DNA from: Eledone cirrhosa
Taxonomy: Eukaryota
NCBI GenBank assembly: GCA_964016885.1
Contig: OZ024741.1
Coordinates: forward strand, 392,894,001-392,958,000
DNA length: 64,000 bases
Reading direction: 5' to 3'
A program made the translations under genes and the position numbers. Below, one piece after another: positions 36,208 to 51,335 of this stretch (its first letter is position 1; each line of letters begins with the position of its first letter). The notes under the pieces were generated by a model that ran no database searches, was not told the DNA's origin, and saw only the letters and a list, made by a program, of their open reading frames with translations.

Positions 36208-39050
36208 CGCCAATAGGGTTGAGAGGGCAGAGTCGTCAAACACTCCTTCCAGCGGTTCCTGTCCGAAGCAACCATCTCCAATTGATCCAGTTGAATCCCC
36301 AAGTGAGACCAGCCAAGCTCATGGATGTTATCCAACTATCGCGCTCGGGATCTACCCCCGGGTCTCGTGTCGGATGGTTGTGCCCGTAAAATCTGTCCAG
36401 CGATTCTTTCCTGAGACATTCTAACCACATGCCCATACTATCTCAGCTGTGATCTCTCAATTCGGAGAAATTGCGCTCTACCTGGAGTGACTCTCTGATC
36501 TCCGAGCTTTTACGCCTACCTCCATTCTTCTGATTACTGAATGCTGAAGCTGGTGCATTACTGTACCACCTTTTGCAATTTTTTCCCTCCTGCCTTCCAT
36601 CATTTGTGAACATGGCCCTGAGATACTTGAACTTCTCTACCTGCTTCAGTGGAACTCCATTCACATGTAGCGTACACTGCACAGCTTTCCTTGACAGGAC
36701 GAGTGTCTCACTTTTAGCAGCACTGATTTTTATTCCAGCCATGCAGCACTTGGCGCCAAACCTATCAAGCGCATATTTGGTTGGCTGTGCTACATCCGGG
36801 GTGAAAACGACACTGTTTATCAGCTTACTTGGGCTCGACAATCGCCCTGCATCATTTTGCCAGACACTTAGCATAGACTTTACCAGGAAGGCTTAACGAG
36901 GAGATCCCTCTGATATTGGAACAATCACTCTTCTCTCCCTTTTTGAAAATTAGGATTATCACTCCCGATTGCCATTGCTTAGGTGTTTTTCCAGAGATCC
37001 AGGCCACCCGGAACATACAGGTCAGCCAGAGAATACCTTCTTTATTTAAGGCTTTTAACATCTCGGGCCGGATTTTGTCTTCTCTAGGGGCTTTGCCGCA
37101 GTTGAGCTATTTTATAGCTCTTGTGATCTAAGCTTCTGAGAGATTAGTCACTGCTCCCAAATACACCACATGTATCCGAAGATGCTTCTGTAATCAGGTT
37201 TAGGAGATCAGCAAAGTATTCTTTCCACTTCGCGAGGATGCACCTCTCTGAAGAGAGTAGAACCACAAAGGTGTTCTTGATAGGTGTGGAGGAGGGCTTC
37301 ATATTACGAAGTCGGCAGATGGTCTGCCAGAAGACTTTATTTGCTGATCTGAACTAACCCCATCTCTTAACTTTGGATGCTTTTACTGTCTCTGCTGCGA
37401 TTTTTCGTGCCTGCTTATAGCGCAAGTGCAAGCAGGAGGACTTATTTCCAAGCCTATTTCCAAGCTTATTTCCTTCTTTGCTCGGATGGCATTTTTACCT
37501 CTTGATTGAACCAAGGAGTTTCCTGCCATTCGGCACCACACCAAGCCACTTTCGCCCGCAGCATTTAACAGCTGAAGCAGAAACTGCTGCGCTGAATAAT
37601 GCTGCGTCTGAATAATGTTGAATAAAACTCCGCCTCAACGTCCTCAGTTTTCTCGGGGGGTTCTCTTAATTTGGATGCAATAGGATCTGCATACATGGTG
37701 CTGACTTCCTTATCCACCAATGCTTCCCACTTTATCCTGTAGGTTGCCCTGGACCTGCTAATTTTGTGGGATTCTTCGGCTTTGGGTAGTCTCAAGTTGC
37801 AGATAACTAGACGGTGATCAGTTGACATCTCAGCCCCTCTCTTAACACAAACATCCAGCACAGAATCAAAGAGATCAGAGACAATAACAAAATCAATTTT
37901 TTCTTTCTTTCTCTGATTCCCCTTATACCATGTATATTTATGGATGTCTCTGTGTTGGAAGAAGGTGTTCATGATAGAACAGAAGTCTAGCAAGGCCTCT
38001 CCATTCGTATTTAGATCGGGGTCACCATTCCTTCCAATCACTCCTTTCCATGTCAGGTCCTCAGTGTCAGCATTGAAGTCTCCCATCAGGATATATGGCT
38101 CAGTCTTAACTAAATCTAACATTACAATGACTTCATCAAGGAAGGACTTATATTTGGGCTTCTTGTTTGGTGCATAAACTTGCACCACCCACAGAGACCT
38201 ATCTTTCAGCCTAAGATTCAAGAGGCAAATCCTCCTTCCTAATGGGATCCAGTCCATAACACATTCTGACAGCTGGGGCTTGTGAGTGTCCCCACTCCCG
38301 CCTGTGCAGTCATTTATGGCATCACACCTGAATAGTGGAGATTACATCCTCCATCCAAATCTACAGTATCAGCGTCATAGAACTTTGTTGAGGAAACCCT
38401 GACTATATCTAGCTGGTAGCATCTAGCCTCCTCCACTAGTTCCTGTTCCTTACCTGTAAGGGTTGTGATGTTCCAAGTTCCAACTGCTAAGGTTTTCTCT
38501 TTTATGGACCCTCTTTGAAGTTTCGTGAAACACAACCTTTGTGCGTCTATCCTACACCTCCCGCGATAGGTCGCAGGCCCATCGCCAGTTTTTGCTGCAT
38601 GACATGGAGACTGCAATATACTTTTCGAACAGGCCCCACTACCTAAGGCTTGGACGCGTCCCTTGATAACCCGCATGAAGGACGGTGCCGTATGGTTTTT
38701 ATTTTTCTTCCTCACCATATTGCAATCTCAGTTGTCTTATTCACACCAGTCACCAATCTGGTACTTTGTCAAACCTTCGAAGACTAGGCTTATTTAGAGG
38801 CAGCCTTTACTCGTCTCGTCGTAGCTACGTCACTGGATTGTGAGAGTTATCTTGGTAGCCGCAGGTGTCTCCCATTTCTCCATCTCCCCTAGTAGCTTAT
38901 TGCTGGTGGTCCTGGGTTGCTTATTCATACAGCAGTTGTCCGCTTAAGTCACAACTAGCCATCATATCAGGTGGCCATGTAGCTATTCGCTACCTGTGAT
39001 CTGTTCTCTAGCACAACAGCTCTGCCGAGAAGAACAGTTTACCCGGCATA
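36208..39050 (-). mobile_element. Decayed RTE-clade LINE (second family, GAA tail)
   Basis: VGTWNITTLTGKEQELVEEA, VQVYAPN, MGDFNA, STDHRLV, RGISSLSLPGKVYAKCL, KQVEKFKYL; internal RT deletion; 5' boundary approximate. Confidence 0.85.
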
Positions 39051-39670
39051 GCTATTTTTTTTATTTTAGATACAAAACCAACAGATTTAGTGGGGAGGCG
39101 AAAGCTGATTAAATCAACTCTAGTACTTAATTTTATCGACCAGGGAAGGGTGAAAATTAAAGTAGATTTGGGCGGGATTTGAACTCAACATGTAAAGGGC
39201 TGTAACTAAATACTTGCACAGCCTAGCAAAACTCTTGTAGTGAGAGTCGCCTCCCTTGTTATGACGTCAAGTCAAAGCATTGCCTTGCTAAGGAACAGTT
39301 GGACTGCAGCCTCCGAACTGATAACATTTTCCTAGGGAGCCCCATCAAAGGGCCTAGAGATGGACATGCATTCCGATCCTTTCTTACTGCTGTTTGCTAA
39401 CTTATAACTCCAGGTATGAACTAACATTTATGCACACACCACTCCATCAATAAAACATGTTAATCACGGGCTTGGACTATACCTAAATATGTACGAGGAT
39501 ATTTGTGTACAACAATTATAACGGAGTTACAATAAAATGAAGACTTATATTCGATATGGTGTTTTGTAAATATATCTTATCCTTTTCTGTATAAAAATTA
39601 GTAGTTAGATTCCGGTGATATTTACTCAAGTAAATAATCCTGGGTCTGACACAACACTAAACTCTTGTAT

Positions 39671-39853
39671 GGTGGATTGGCAGTATCGGTAGAGAGTCGG
39701 ACGCCATGCTTTCTAGCATAGTTACGTCCCTTTACGATCTGAGTTCAAATCCCGCCGAGGTTGACTTAGCCTTTCACCCTTACGAGGTCGATAAAATAAA
39801 GTACCAGTAATGCACTGGGTAATTGCTGGCCTTGTGCCTAAAGTAGAAACAAT
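39671..39853 (+). mobile_element. Full tRNA-derived SINE (ATT-tailed family)
   Basis: Near-identical to the 4788 and 14641 copies; older diverged minus-strand copies at ~39075-39212 and ~41480-41590. Confidence 0.92.
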
Positions 39854-42800
39854 TATTTCTATTATTTTCTTACCTATATAGACTGCTCCTTCCAGCTGTT
39901 GAACCTATAACAATAATTGGAATTCAATAAAATAAGCAACTTTTTAATTTAGCTAACAACTATAAATATATATATTTATGGGTTAGAGGTTAGAGAGTCG
40001 GATTCATAATCGTGAGGTTGTGAGTTCGATTCCTGGAGCCAATCTTTACCGACGTCTGCCTTTGTTTTGGAAAACATCAGTGGCGCGGAGAGGGGGAACT
40101 GGTATATATGGGTGACTGACGGTTTTCCACAAAATCACCTTGACCGGACTTGTACCTCGGAAGGAAACTTTCTTGGTGCAAATCCCATGGTAATTTGTGA
40201 CCGAAGGCGGTCTTTACCCTTTGTGTATATATATATATATATATATATAGGAGGAGGGGGGCTGTGTGTTTGTGTCTATGTGTGTGTGTTAATTTAGGGT
40301 ACCTAATCTAGCCCTGATTTCAAATTTTACAATTAAATAAAGCACATGAACATATTAAAAAAAAATGAAAAACAAAACAACACTATTCAAGTGAAATACC
40401 CATTTTTATTATACTGGAGCGGTGTCAGTCATGGTTGATGGTGGAAGTTTAAAAATATTGTTACGAAGGAAAAAAATTCTTATTGTACTTTTTAATTCAA
40501 TTTTGGTATATAATAACTGACAAAACATAAATTGAATTAGTTTATTGCTTAACAATACAATATTTATTTCCTGTATCAGTAGTTAATTAAGTAATTCAAA
40601 CTATTCTTTTAGTTAAGTCAACTTGATGCTCTAACTGAGAGGTTAATGAGAACATATTGTCCAGCTATACATTAGATGAAGATATAAGCATACTTAGATA
40701 AATGACCACAAATTTATTGGTAAACATCTTTTCACAAGAGCATCAACAGTGTTAGTGAAGGGAATTAGCTACAACCAGGAATCGAAATCATATTGTGAAT
40801 TAGACTCCCTGGAGCTCACCATGTTCTAGGTACTATTGTTTTACATTTTTTTTCTAGAATACAAATGTGATCTGGGTACTATAATATTGAGATTTCCTGC
40901 AGTTGTTGAGAATATTCCTACAATTGTCCCACTTCTGCAATTAGAATCCTCTAGCATGCTGTAAAAGTTTGTTTTCGTAAAGTTCTCGACGAAATCTGTA
41001 AAACAGAAACAGAATATTACTGAAAAGTTGGAATCATCAAAATCGATCTTTATAAACAATTTTATAACAACTGGAGGTAATTGCAAATATCTTCTGTGCT
41101 TGAGCACCCTACATATTCTCATAAATAAATCTGTATTTATTTTGTTGTGAATTTTCCTCTAAGGAATTCCTTTAAGGAATTTTAATTGTAAGAAATATCA
41201 GTCAAATATATGCTGTATATTTAGGGAAACAAATGGCTTCGGGGGAAGCAACACCTACTGAATGAATGTTAAAGGTATAGAGGGAGTTACAATAGAAACT
41301 TTAATCAATTAAAATGATACCCTTATTTTAGTATGAAGGAATGACATAGCGTGTTGTGGGCATTTAAAACCTAACGGGGCAGAGGATTTTATCTAGAAAT
41401 GGATGGGGTGAGAGATACTTTATCTAGAAAAGGGAGGAGAAAGAGAGGGAGGGAGTGAGGAAGTAATAGAGAGAAAAAAATCGACCTCAGTACTCCACTA
41501 CTACTTTTATATGCAATGTTGACCTCAGCGAGTTTTGAATTCAGAGCTGAGAGCAGGAACGAATAACGTAAAACATTCTATCTGATGTTTTATCAATTTT
41601 TAAATGATTAAATCTGATAAAAAATGGAACAAGAGGAATAGCTTCGAAATTTGAAATAATTGAAATTAATTAAATATGAAGCACGGTGGGTGTGGGTTTG
41701 GTCTTTAATGACAATTTCATGTATGTTTCGGTCTTATTGGAAACCCTCCTTTGTGAATGTTGTCTAACCGTTACTGCACATCTTAACTTCACTAGAGAAG
41801 TATATAAAACTTTAGCAACTGAAAACTAAGTGGAGTTATGTATTTTAGACATTTTTTTTGTGGGGGGGGGGGGGGTCCTTGGACTTGAATACATGGTTAA
41901 TAAGTCAATATATTTCAATTAATCAAAATTTCATTTTTTAGTTATGGGAACAATAGTTTTCTAAATTACTAAGTCTGGTCAAAAAGGGGTCAACTTCAAA
42001 ATTTTAATTAATTATCATTAATTGTTATTCTATGCTTCGCTGATGAGGTCCAATAAGAGCGATAAGTGTCCATAGTATTGCTGAAAATCAGTCTCACTCA
42101 CCATCATATTTCATATTTGATTACAATTTCATCTGTAAAATCTTATTAATATGGTCTGCCGCTGATATTTGCATCAAGTATCAGATAATATATAAAAGAC
42201 TGTTTACTGTACCCAAGAAACATCAATCGCACACGAATGTTCCAGTCATATGATCAACAGTACAACCTGTTCATGAAATTAACGTGCAGACACGTGTACC
42301 TGGGCAGTTCAGCGTGACAAAGTATGATACGAGTGGCCTTTTGAATTACGGTACAGTTCATTTTTTCCAGCTGCGCGGACTGAAACAACATGCAATAAAT
42401 TGCCATGATATAAAAGACAACGCACGGCTGGAAATCGACGACTATATGAGCGTCCGCTGAATAATCCATGATACACAATATTCTAGAATCAATACATTTC
42501 AGTACATGCTGCTTCAGATAATCACTAGAAGCATCGTAAATAATACACACAGTTAAAATAATTAAAATAGCGAGTGCATTATTAGCAATGAGCGTTTTCG
42601 GTTCATACGCCCGAAGAATGAAAAAAACTGTAACAAACCAAATCCACGTATGCAAGCCCAATTTGCAACTGTGGTAAAGAAAAAAAAACACGGAATACAA
42701 ACATACATACATACATGATGGCTGCCCCCTCGTTATCAAGTATGGCCATTGCACGATATACCATTATTAATAATTATTAATTAATCCTATCGTGCAATGC

Positions 42801-43155
42801 CTGTGCGTGAAGATATTTTTTTTAAGTGAGGAAAGACTGTGCACTGAGCCAATCCCACTCTCTGAGCGACAGTAGCTATAACCCGAAAAGAAGAAAAGAT
42901 CAACATCATCGGTAACTACTGAGTTGAAGGTTTTATATCGGAGTTATCCCAGTTTTCTGAGTTGCCTTCTAGAAGAATGCCCTGACAAAGGCTAGGGGTC
43001 CTTCACTCCCAGTGGTTTAACTGCGCGATCGGGTGTCCAGCCCGACTATTTCTATGTCCCCGCGCATATACATACACATGCACCCATGATTATACACATA
43101 TACATACATATACATACATACATACATACATACATACATACATACATACATACAT

Positions 43156-43998
43156 TTACAGAAAAAGTTGTGCATGGATACTTGAGGCGTAAAACACAGA
43201 CCATAGAGGGGATAAACCACTCAAAAAGCCTGGCATGGAGTTCCGACAAGTTTATGACATCACACCTTGAGGGATATCTCTATGCAATACAGCAACAAGA
43301 ACTCCCTACTAAATATCTGCTGCACAAAAGAGGAGGGCCAGCAGCTGACAATAAATGTAGGCTATGTAAAACAAAGATCGAGGATGTAAGCCACATTGTT
43401 GCCAGCTGCGAAAGAATGTCATCTCGCTACTACCTCCCCATGAGACACGATGGGATAGCTAGAACCATCTGGAACGCACTTCGGAAAACAAAATTAACAA
43501 CAAACGAGGAAGAATATATTGAGACAGATGGCACTAAGGAATACTGGTGGAACCTGAAAATAAAAACTGCCACCAAATTAAAGCACAACCGGCCTGATAT
43601 TGTTGTTTGGGACCACACATAAAAAACGTGTTCTGTTGTGGAGATCAGCTGCCCACTTGATGTAAACGTTGTCAGAAAAATACAGGAGAAGGGGGACATC
43701 TACGGATCATTGATGAGGAGTTTACAAATCCAGTATCCAAGATACACCTTTAGCTTCATACCCATCATTATTGGAGCTACGGGTTATATACCAACCCGCT
43801 TGGACCAAAGTATGACTGAACTTGGATTTGCGGACAAAAAGCGCAGCTCCCTAATTCATAGTCTACAAATGGCTGCACCTTCAAAATTTGCAAAACATTC
43901 TTGCGATTCAAGGGATGACAATTTCTTTTCTTTTACAACCTTGCCACCAGGAAGGTGGCCGGTCAAAAAAATATACTCGAAATTAAGAGAAAGACATA
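43156..43998 (+). mobile_element. R4-type RLE fragment related to family C (copy C3), in (CATA)n
   Basis: SHLEGYLYAIQQQELPTKYL, KCRLCKTKIEDVSHIVASC, SSRYYLPMRHD, NRPDIVVWD, EISCPLD, IPIIIGATG; (CATA)n on both sides. Confidence 0.88.
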
Positions 43999-44045
43999 AC
44001 ATACATACATACATACATACATACATACATACATACATACATACA

Positions 44046-44545
44046 TACATGTTGATTGCCATCCCTTGTTTGCACATTGCATGATCATGTGAACGCAGGT
44101 GACTTTTCTGACAAGCTTTTGTTTCGCAACCACGTTCACAGAAGTAACCCTGGAACTGTCTGTCTCCTCGCATTACTGGTTGGGGCGTATCTTCATGCAT
44201 GTTACCATGTCTGGTCAGTCCTCAAGCTGACTGCAAATTAAGCCACAATCCTTGCAAATATACCGTGGGGTAAGTGGCGGTAGAACCATCTCACAAGCCG
44301 CTCCATTTCTCCCAGTTTTCTCTTTCAATCTTCAGAGCTTTAAGATTGCCTTTTATGACATTTCTAAACCGCTTCTTTGGATTATCCTGTGGCCTTTTCC
44401 TTCTTTTCACCTCCCCATAAATAACTGTTTAGGTAGCTTTTCATCGTCCATCATGACCACATGACCAAGCCAACGTATCTGGTTCATCAATACTAGTACT
44501 GCAGGCTTTCTGAAGTACAACTGCATTGGATGTGTAAGAGGACCA
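44046..44545 (-). mobile_element. 3' fragment of an RTE LINE related to 24800-28170
   Basis: NQIRWLGHVVMMDDEKLPKQLFMG, KSHLRSH; ends AAGGGATGGCAATCAACATGTATG, like 28133-28175. Confidence 0.8.
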
Positions 44546-44810
44546 ATACATAATTCTACAGTGTCTTTATTACGCCTTTCCTATATTACAATAACTTCGA
44601 AGCAAGATGTTACTTAATAAAATTATTAACGTAGCTGCTTGTGTTATCAGCCATTCACTACTGGCTATGGCAACTATACATGTCAACCTACTGAGACACA
44701 ACACACTGCTTCATAAGGGAAAGAACAACTTACAAATTCACCCATTAAGCTAAGGGCTACCGCTACAAATTCCTACCACACAACAAAATCAAAAATAAAC
44801 ATTTGTTTCA

Positions 44811-44860
<50 letters not shown>

Positions 44861-44872
44861 CACATACATTTA

Positions 44873-44932
<60 letters not shown>

Positions 44933-45171
44933 CATACATAAATATATATATACATATATATGTATACATAAATCATATACACACACATATACATATATAT
45001 ATATACATATATATATATGTATATGTGTGTGTAGCAACATTGCGAATGAGAGAATAGAAAAATGTTCCTATTTAGCTCTCGTAGATGACTATGCAATCAA
45101 TGTTGAAACGCGTGTTAGATTATATAATCAAATAAATCTCTCTTCAAATTTCTCCCCACTCCTTCCCTGTT

Positions 45172-45250
<79 letters not shown>

Positions 45251-45278
45251 GAGAGAGAGAGAGAGGGAGAGAGAGAGG

Positions 45279-46910
45279 GGAACAAGTACGACCCCGTCGG
45301 CAGAGCTCAAGTCGTTTTGACGGCTATTTCTGGACTAAATAAGAATTTTTAGCCTCGTAAATAAATAGCCGAACTTCTCAGGGGGTATTTCCTTATATGG
45401 GAAGAGAGTAATTGTCAAGAGGATTGGTCAAAAATTTGTTGTAAATACAAATAAATCTATCATGGCGTTTGGTGGGCGGTAGGGGTGGCTGAACTTGCCG
45501 GTAGAACAAAGAGGGAGTGGGGGAAACCCAGTCAGGCGTTGAAAGTGAAATCTATACAGCAGATTCTAAGGATAGTGTATAAAAGGTTGAAAAAAGTGTA
45601 CTGGAGGAGAGGGGGTGAAAGAATAGGTAAATCGAAAGGGAGTGAAAAAAAACCCATTATAAAAATAAGGAAATAAATATATAAAAACAATTTCTGGTTA
45701 CTACTCCATTTCTACAATCACCAAACTTCTCATTGGTATTGCTAAGCTATAGAAAAGTTTAATGGGTGGAGAATGGGAAAAATACTAAATACGAGATTAT
45801 AGTGAGAGAATTTTATAAAGCCGGCTTTACAGGGGGTCTAACACCGCTGCTATAGATAGTTAGTAATCAGCCAATGCTATCTTACAATGACAGGTTAATA
45901 AGTTGAGAACAAAAACACTAAAATACTACTACAAAAATACTAATACAAAATACTAATACAAAAATACTAATACAAAAATACGAATATAAAAATACTAATA
46001 CAAAAATACTAATACAAAAATATCACTAAGAAATTTAGAAACCATAGAAATGGAGCAGCAACCAGACAAGAAAAAAATTTACTGGGGTCTAACACATCTG
46101 CTATAAAAAGCGTAATCGGCCAATTCTATCTTATAATTAGGGGGGAGGGGGTACTGAGGCTACAGAGGACCGATGGGCTGCATCGGGGTAGGCGAAAGGT
46201 GAAAAAAAGACGAGGAAGGAGATCTGGGGTGGAAGGACTAGGAAGAGAAGGGGGCAAGAAGGAAACATAGAGGAAAAGATAAAAAAAAGTTACGTCTACC
46301 TTTCTACCTTTGTAAGCAGGGGTTTCCCCTTACAGAATCGGCAAGTAGGGGGGGGGCTGTATCAGCCCTTGTCTAAACCCCCTCCCCGGGTCATTATGGG
46401 GTTTGAGGGCGAGGTAAGTCCTACGCAATCTGTGTTTGCATGCGGTTACCAGTTCGTCTTGTTTAGGAGTTGGTCCTTCGAAAACAGCATTTGTAATGTT
46501 TCCTCCGAGCATAAGTTACACGGACGGCGTCCTCCCGTATAAGAGTTAGCCCTGGACAGTAAGCTCCAAGTGAGATTGGGTTTCCCCCACTCCCTCTTTG
46601 TTCTACCGGCAAGTTCAGCCACCTCTACCTCCCACCAAATGCCATGATAGATTTATCTGCCTTTACAACAAATTTTTGACCAATCCTCTTGATAATTACT
46701 ATCTTCGCATATAAGGAAATACCCCCTGAGAAGTTCGGCTATTTATTTACCAGGCTAAAAATTCTTATTTAGTCCAGAAATAGCCGTCGAAACGGCTTGA
46801 GCTCTGCCGTCGAGGTCGTACTTGTTCCTTTACCCACTCTACTACCCTAAGTAATGAGTACTTTGATGCGTTATGGTCCATTTGGTTCCTTACCACAATT
46901 CCTTCGTTAT
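45279..46910 (+). mobile_element. Non-coding Penelope-type/hammerhead element with ~255-bp inverted arms
   Basis: 45279-45533 is the reverse complement of ~46574-46829; contains a hammerhead-like motif; 3' end shared with 50180-50315; internal 13-14-bp tandem (AAAATACTAATAC)n at ~45920-46022. Confidence 0.7.
46721..46816 (+). ncRNA. Type I hammerhead-like motif with variant core CUGAGAA
   Basis: ACCCC-CTGAGAAG-TT-CGGCTATTT...AAATAGCCG-TC-GAAA-CGGC(TTGAGCTCT)GCCG-TC-GAGGT; related copies read GGGGT. Confidence 0.6.
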
Positions 46911-46911
46911 A

Positions 46912-47291
46912 TCTTTATATATATAAAAGCGAGGATGTGTGTGTGTCTGTGTACAACGTTGCATACTTAAGGCTTTTACAATTACCAACTGAATTTGACC
47001 AAATTTTCTGTGCACGTTGCACAGGTCGCTAAGATTGTCACTTCACAAACATTTTTCAAATCGACCCACGTTGAGCAATAACAAATCGATATCAAAATTA
47101 TCGGTAGCAAAATTTATGTAAGGGAGATAACCAACTTTATTGACAATCCTTATAAAAAGGGAGATAAACAACTTTATTGACAGAAATATAAACATCAGAT
47201 TCATTGAAGATAAATCACTAATATTATCGTTTGTTTCTTGTTTATTCTTTGTTGCATTTCAAACCCCGGGCAACGCCGGGTAAATCTACTA

Positions 47292-47292
<1 letters not shown>
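46912..47292 (+). mobile_element. Non-autonomous Helitron
   Basis: Starts A|TCTTTATATATATAAAAG, ends with hairpin CCCGG-GCAACG-CCGGG 8 nt before CTAG|T; inserted between A and T with no TSD. Confidence 0.85.
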
Positions 47293-47326
<34 letters not shown>

Positions 47327-47923
47327 GTATAAATTATTAAATTAAGAAAAACAGGTAAGGATTGAAGAGAAATTTGATTATATTTTTTCTATTCACTCAA
47401 TTGCGATATGTCTATCGTCGATGAATCTTCAGAGAAAATAGTAATGAAAAATCGATGATGAAACATGTGTTAGATTATATAACCAAATAATTATCTCATT
47501 AAATTTCTCCCAAATCCTTGCCTGTTTTTCCTAATATAATAATTTATACTAATTTACTTCATTAATTTTGGGAGGTTACTCGAGGATTTAACGGAATATT
47601 ATGACAGGACTCTATTTACCACGTTGAGAAAAAAATTGATAAGTTGTTCTTTCACTAATATTTACATAATCATTCCACAAATAGGATTTTACCAACATAA
47701 ATCAATACTCCCGTATCTTCTCAAATATATATATATATATGTGTGTATCTGTGTGTGCCTATGTGTGTGTGTGTGTTTGTGTGTGAGCGGGGGGGGGAAT
47801 TGTAAATGCAATTTGAGTCTTTACGAAGGTATATTTATAATAATTTATAACTTTACCGGTTTCACAAGTTTCATGATGTTCATGATAAAGACGAAGAGAT
47901 GTGAGGCTATGCCGACTTATAAC

Positions 47924-48015
<92 letters not shown>

Positions 48016-48029
48016 TAAGTCGTCATAGC

Positions 48030-48156
<127 letters not shown>

Positions 48157-48847
48157 CATCCTTATTACCGGTTAACGTCCATTTTTCCACACTTGCTCGT
48201 GTTGGGCGAGTGGAACTGAATTTGGCTTGATTCCTACAGCTGGGTGCCCTTCCTAACGCACAACTGCATTTACGGCGAGTACTAGGTGCTTTTATTGTGA
48301 CACCTATACGACCACTTTACAGTGTGGGCTGACCGCCTTTTATCGTGTCGCCAGCACAACCACTGTACAGTGTGCGTTGGGCGCTTTTTGTCGCGTCGCC
48401 ATCACAACCACTTTACAATGTGGGCTGGGGACTTTAGTGGAAGTGGTGTGTGGTGATTTGGGTGGTGGTTTGGGAGGCGTGTGTGAGGGGTGGAGTGTTA
48501 GAACGTGGGAGGTAAATGAAAGGGAGTGGTGGTGGTGCACACTAAATGTATGCTTCAGTCTGTGCTCATGGGAGGTGCATGGAAGAGTGAGATGGGTGGA
48601 GGTGAAGGTGGTGTATACTATATTCATGCTTCAGCTTGTGCTCATGGGAACATGGATCTTCTGAATAACGCCAGGGATCTCAATCCTGTGTCATCACCTT
48701 TGAGAAGTGCAATTAGCAAGGTCAGTTTTTATCACCTCTTCCCAAGACTACCTGGATCTTCAGGCTCCATGGCTTCCATCAACTTTGAGCGCGCTGCATC
48801 TTTTTATACAGCTATCATCCTTCATGCTCATTAAGGGAAAAGCCTTT

Positions 48848-48886
<39 letters not shown>

Positions 48887-49377
48887 AATAAGAGTAGTTA
48901 AGAAGGGATTATTTTACCATAATTGTTTCTTCCATCATATATTGTTCTTTAACATCGTTATGCATGTGACTTAATCAAATACTTGCGCAATTATAGGTGC
49001 AGTTATGCAATCATTGGGATATGCTACTGGTCATGTACAACTATTCTGTTGAGCTGCCATCACAACAGGATAGTTGTACATGACCACCGATTGAATAACT
49101 GCAATGATTGAGTAAGCATCTGATGAAGTCACATGCATGACCACGTTACAGATATATATATCATGCAATAAATAATTATGGTGAAATAATCCCGTCTTAA
49201 CTACTCTTATTTGATAAATGAATACTTCGTCACTCCTAATCACCAACTCTTACTTGGGATAAATTACTGACGTGAGAAGCTTTTGGATTGCTCGGCCAGG
49301 TTTATCCTCAAGAATTTACAACGTAACAACTACGAATAAGCAGCCTGTCTTCTTCAATATACATATATATATATAAT

Positions 49378-49564
49378 AATTGTTTCTACTTTTGGCACAA
49401 GGCCAGCAATTACCCAGTGTATTACTGGTACTTTATTTTATCGACCCCGTAAGGATGAAAGGCAAAGTTAACCTCGGCGGGATTTGAACTCATAATGGAA
49501 AAGGCCATAACTCTTTGCGTCAAAGCATGGCGTCCGACCCTCCTCCGATACTGCCAATCCACCA
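49378..49564 (-). mobile_element. tRNA-derived SINE (ATT-tailed family)
   Basis: Reverse complement of the 14641-type SINE. Confidence 0.9.
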
Positions 49565-49957
49565 CCACATATATATATAATAATAATATGCCCACACATG
49601 TATGCAAAAAGCAAACAGAAATAACAAAGCAAACGGCACAGTACCATGAAGAAACATATTATTAGTTTTACGCTTGATATAGTAGGAAAATAGTCTTAAC
49701 GTTTCGGACGGTAGTCATTCATTAGAAAATTGATGAAAAATTAAAGAAGAAATAGAAAAAAAATAATGGTGAGATGGAGATGGTAAGAATGGGGTAGTCG
49801 GAAGAGGACTGTGGAGGAAAAGTGATAGTGAGTAATGGTATATTGGTACAAATTATAAGCAAAAAGCTATAATTCGTCGGATTCCAACATTGGATTTTCA
49901 CCCTGAAATGGAATTTTAGCCAGACTTCGTTGAACTTCCACTTGGATATACATACAT

Positions 49958-50049
<92 letters not shown>

Positions 50050-50119
50050 GTGTGTGTGTGTGTGGAGGTGCGTTTGAGAGTGTTGGACTTATGATCATAA
50101 TGTCGTGGGTTCGATATAT

Positions 50120-51335
<1,216 letters not shown>

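Noticed and set aside
38975-39055. Possible HDV-like ribozyme at the RTE 5' end (minus strand ...GCGAATAGCTA)
   Set aside because: Could not assign P1, P3 and P1.1 by eye
35596-39660. Possible solo LTRs starting TGTAG at ~35596 and ~39236 (both contain ACGGGCTTGG)
   Set aside because: No convincing CA end with matching TSD, PBS or internal sequence
42030-42075. CTGATGAGGTCCAATAAGAGCGATAAGTGTC hammerhead-like string (also ~49690-49730, minus)
   Set aside because: GAAA or CUGA core and stems are broken; at best dead remnants
42254-42754. 166-aa hydrophobic minus-strand ORF
   Set aside because: No recognisable domain, includes a TATG microsatellite, no clear splice context
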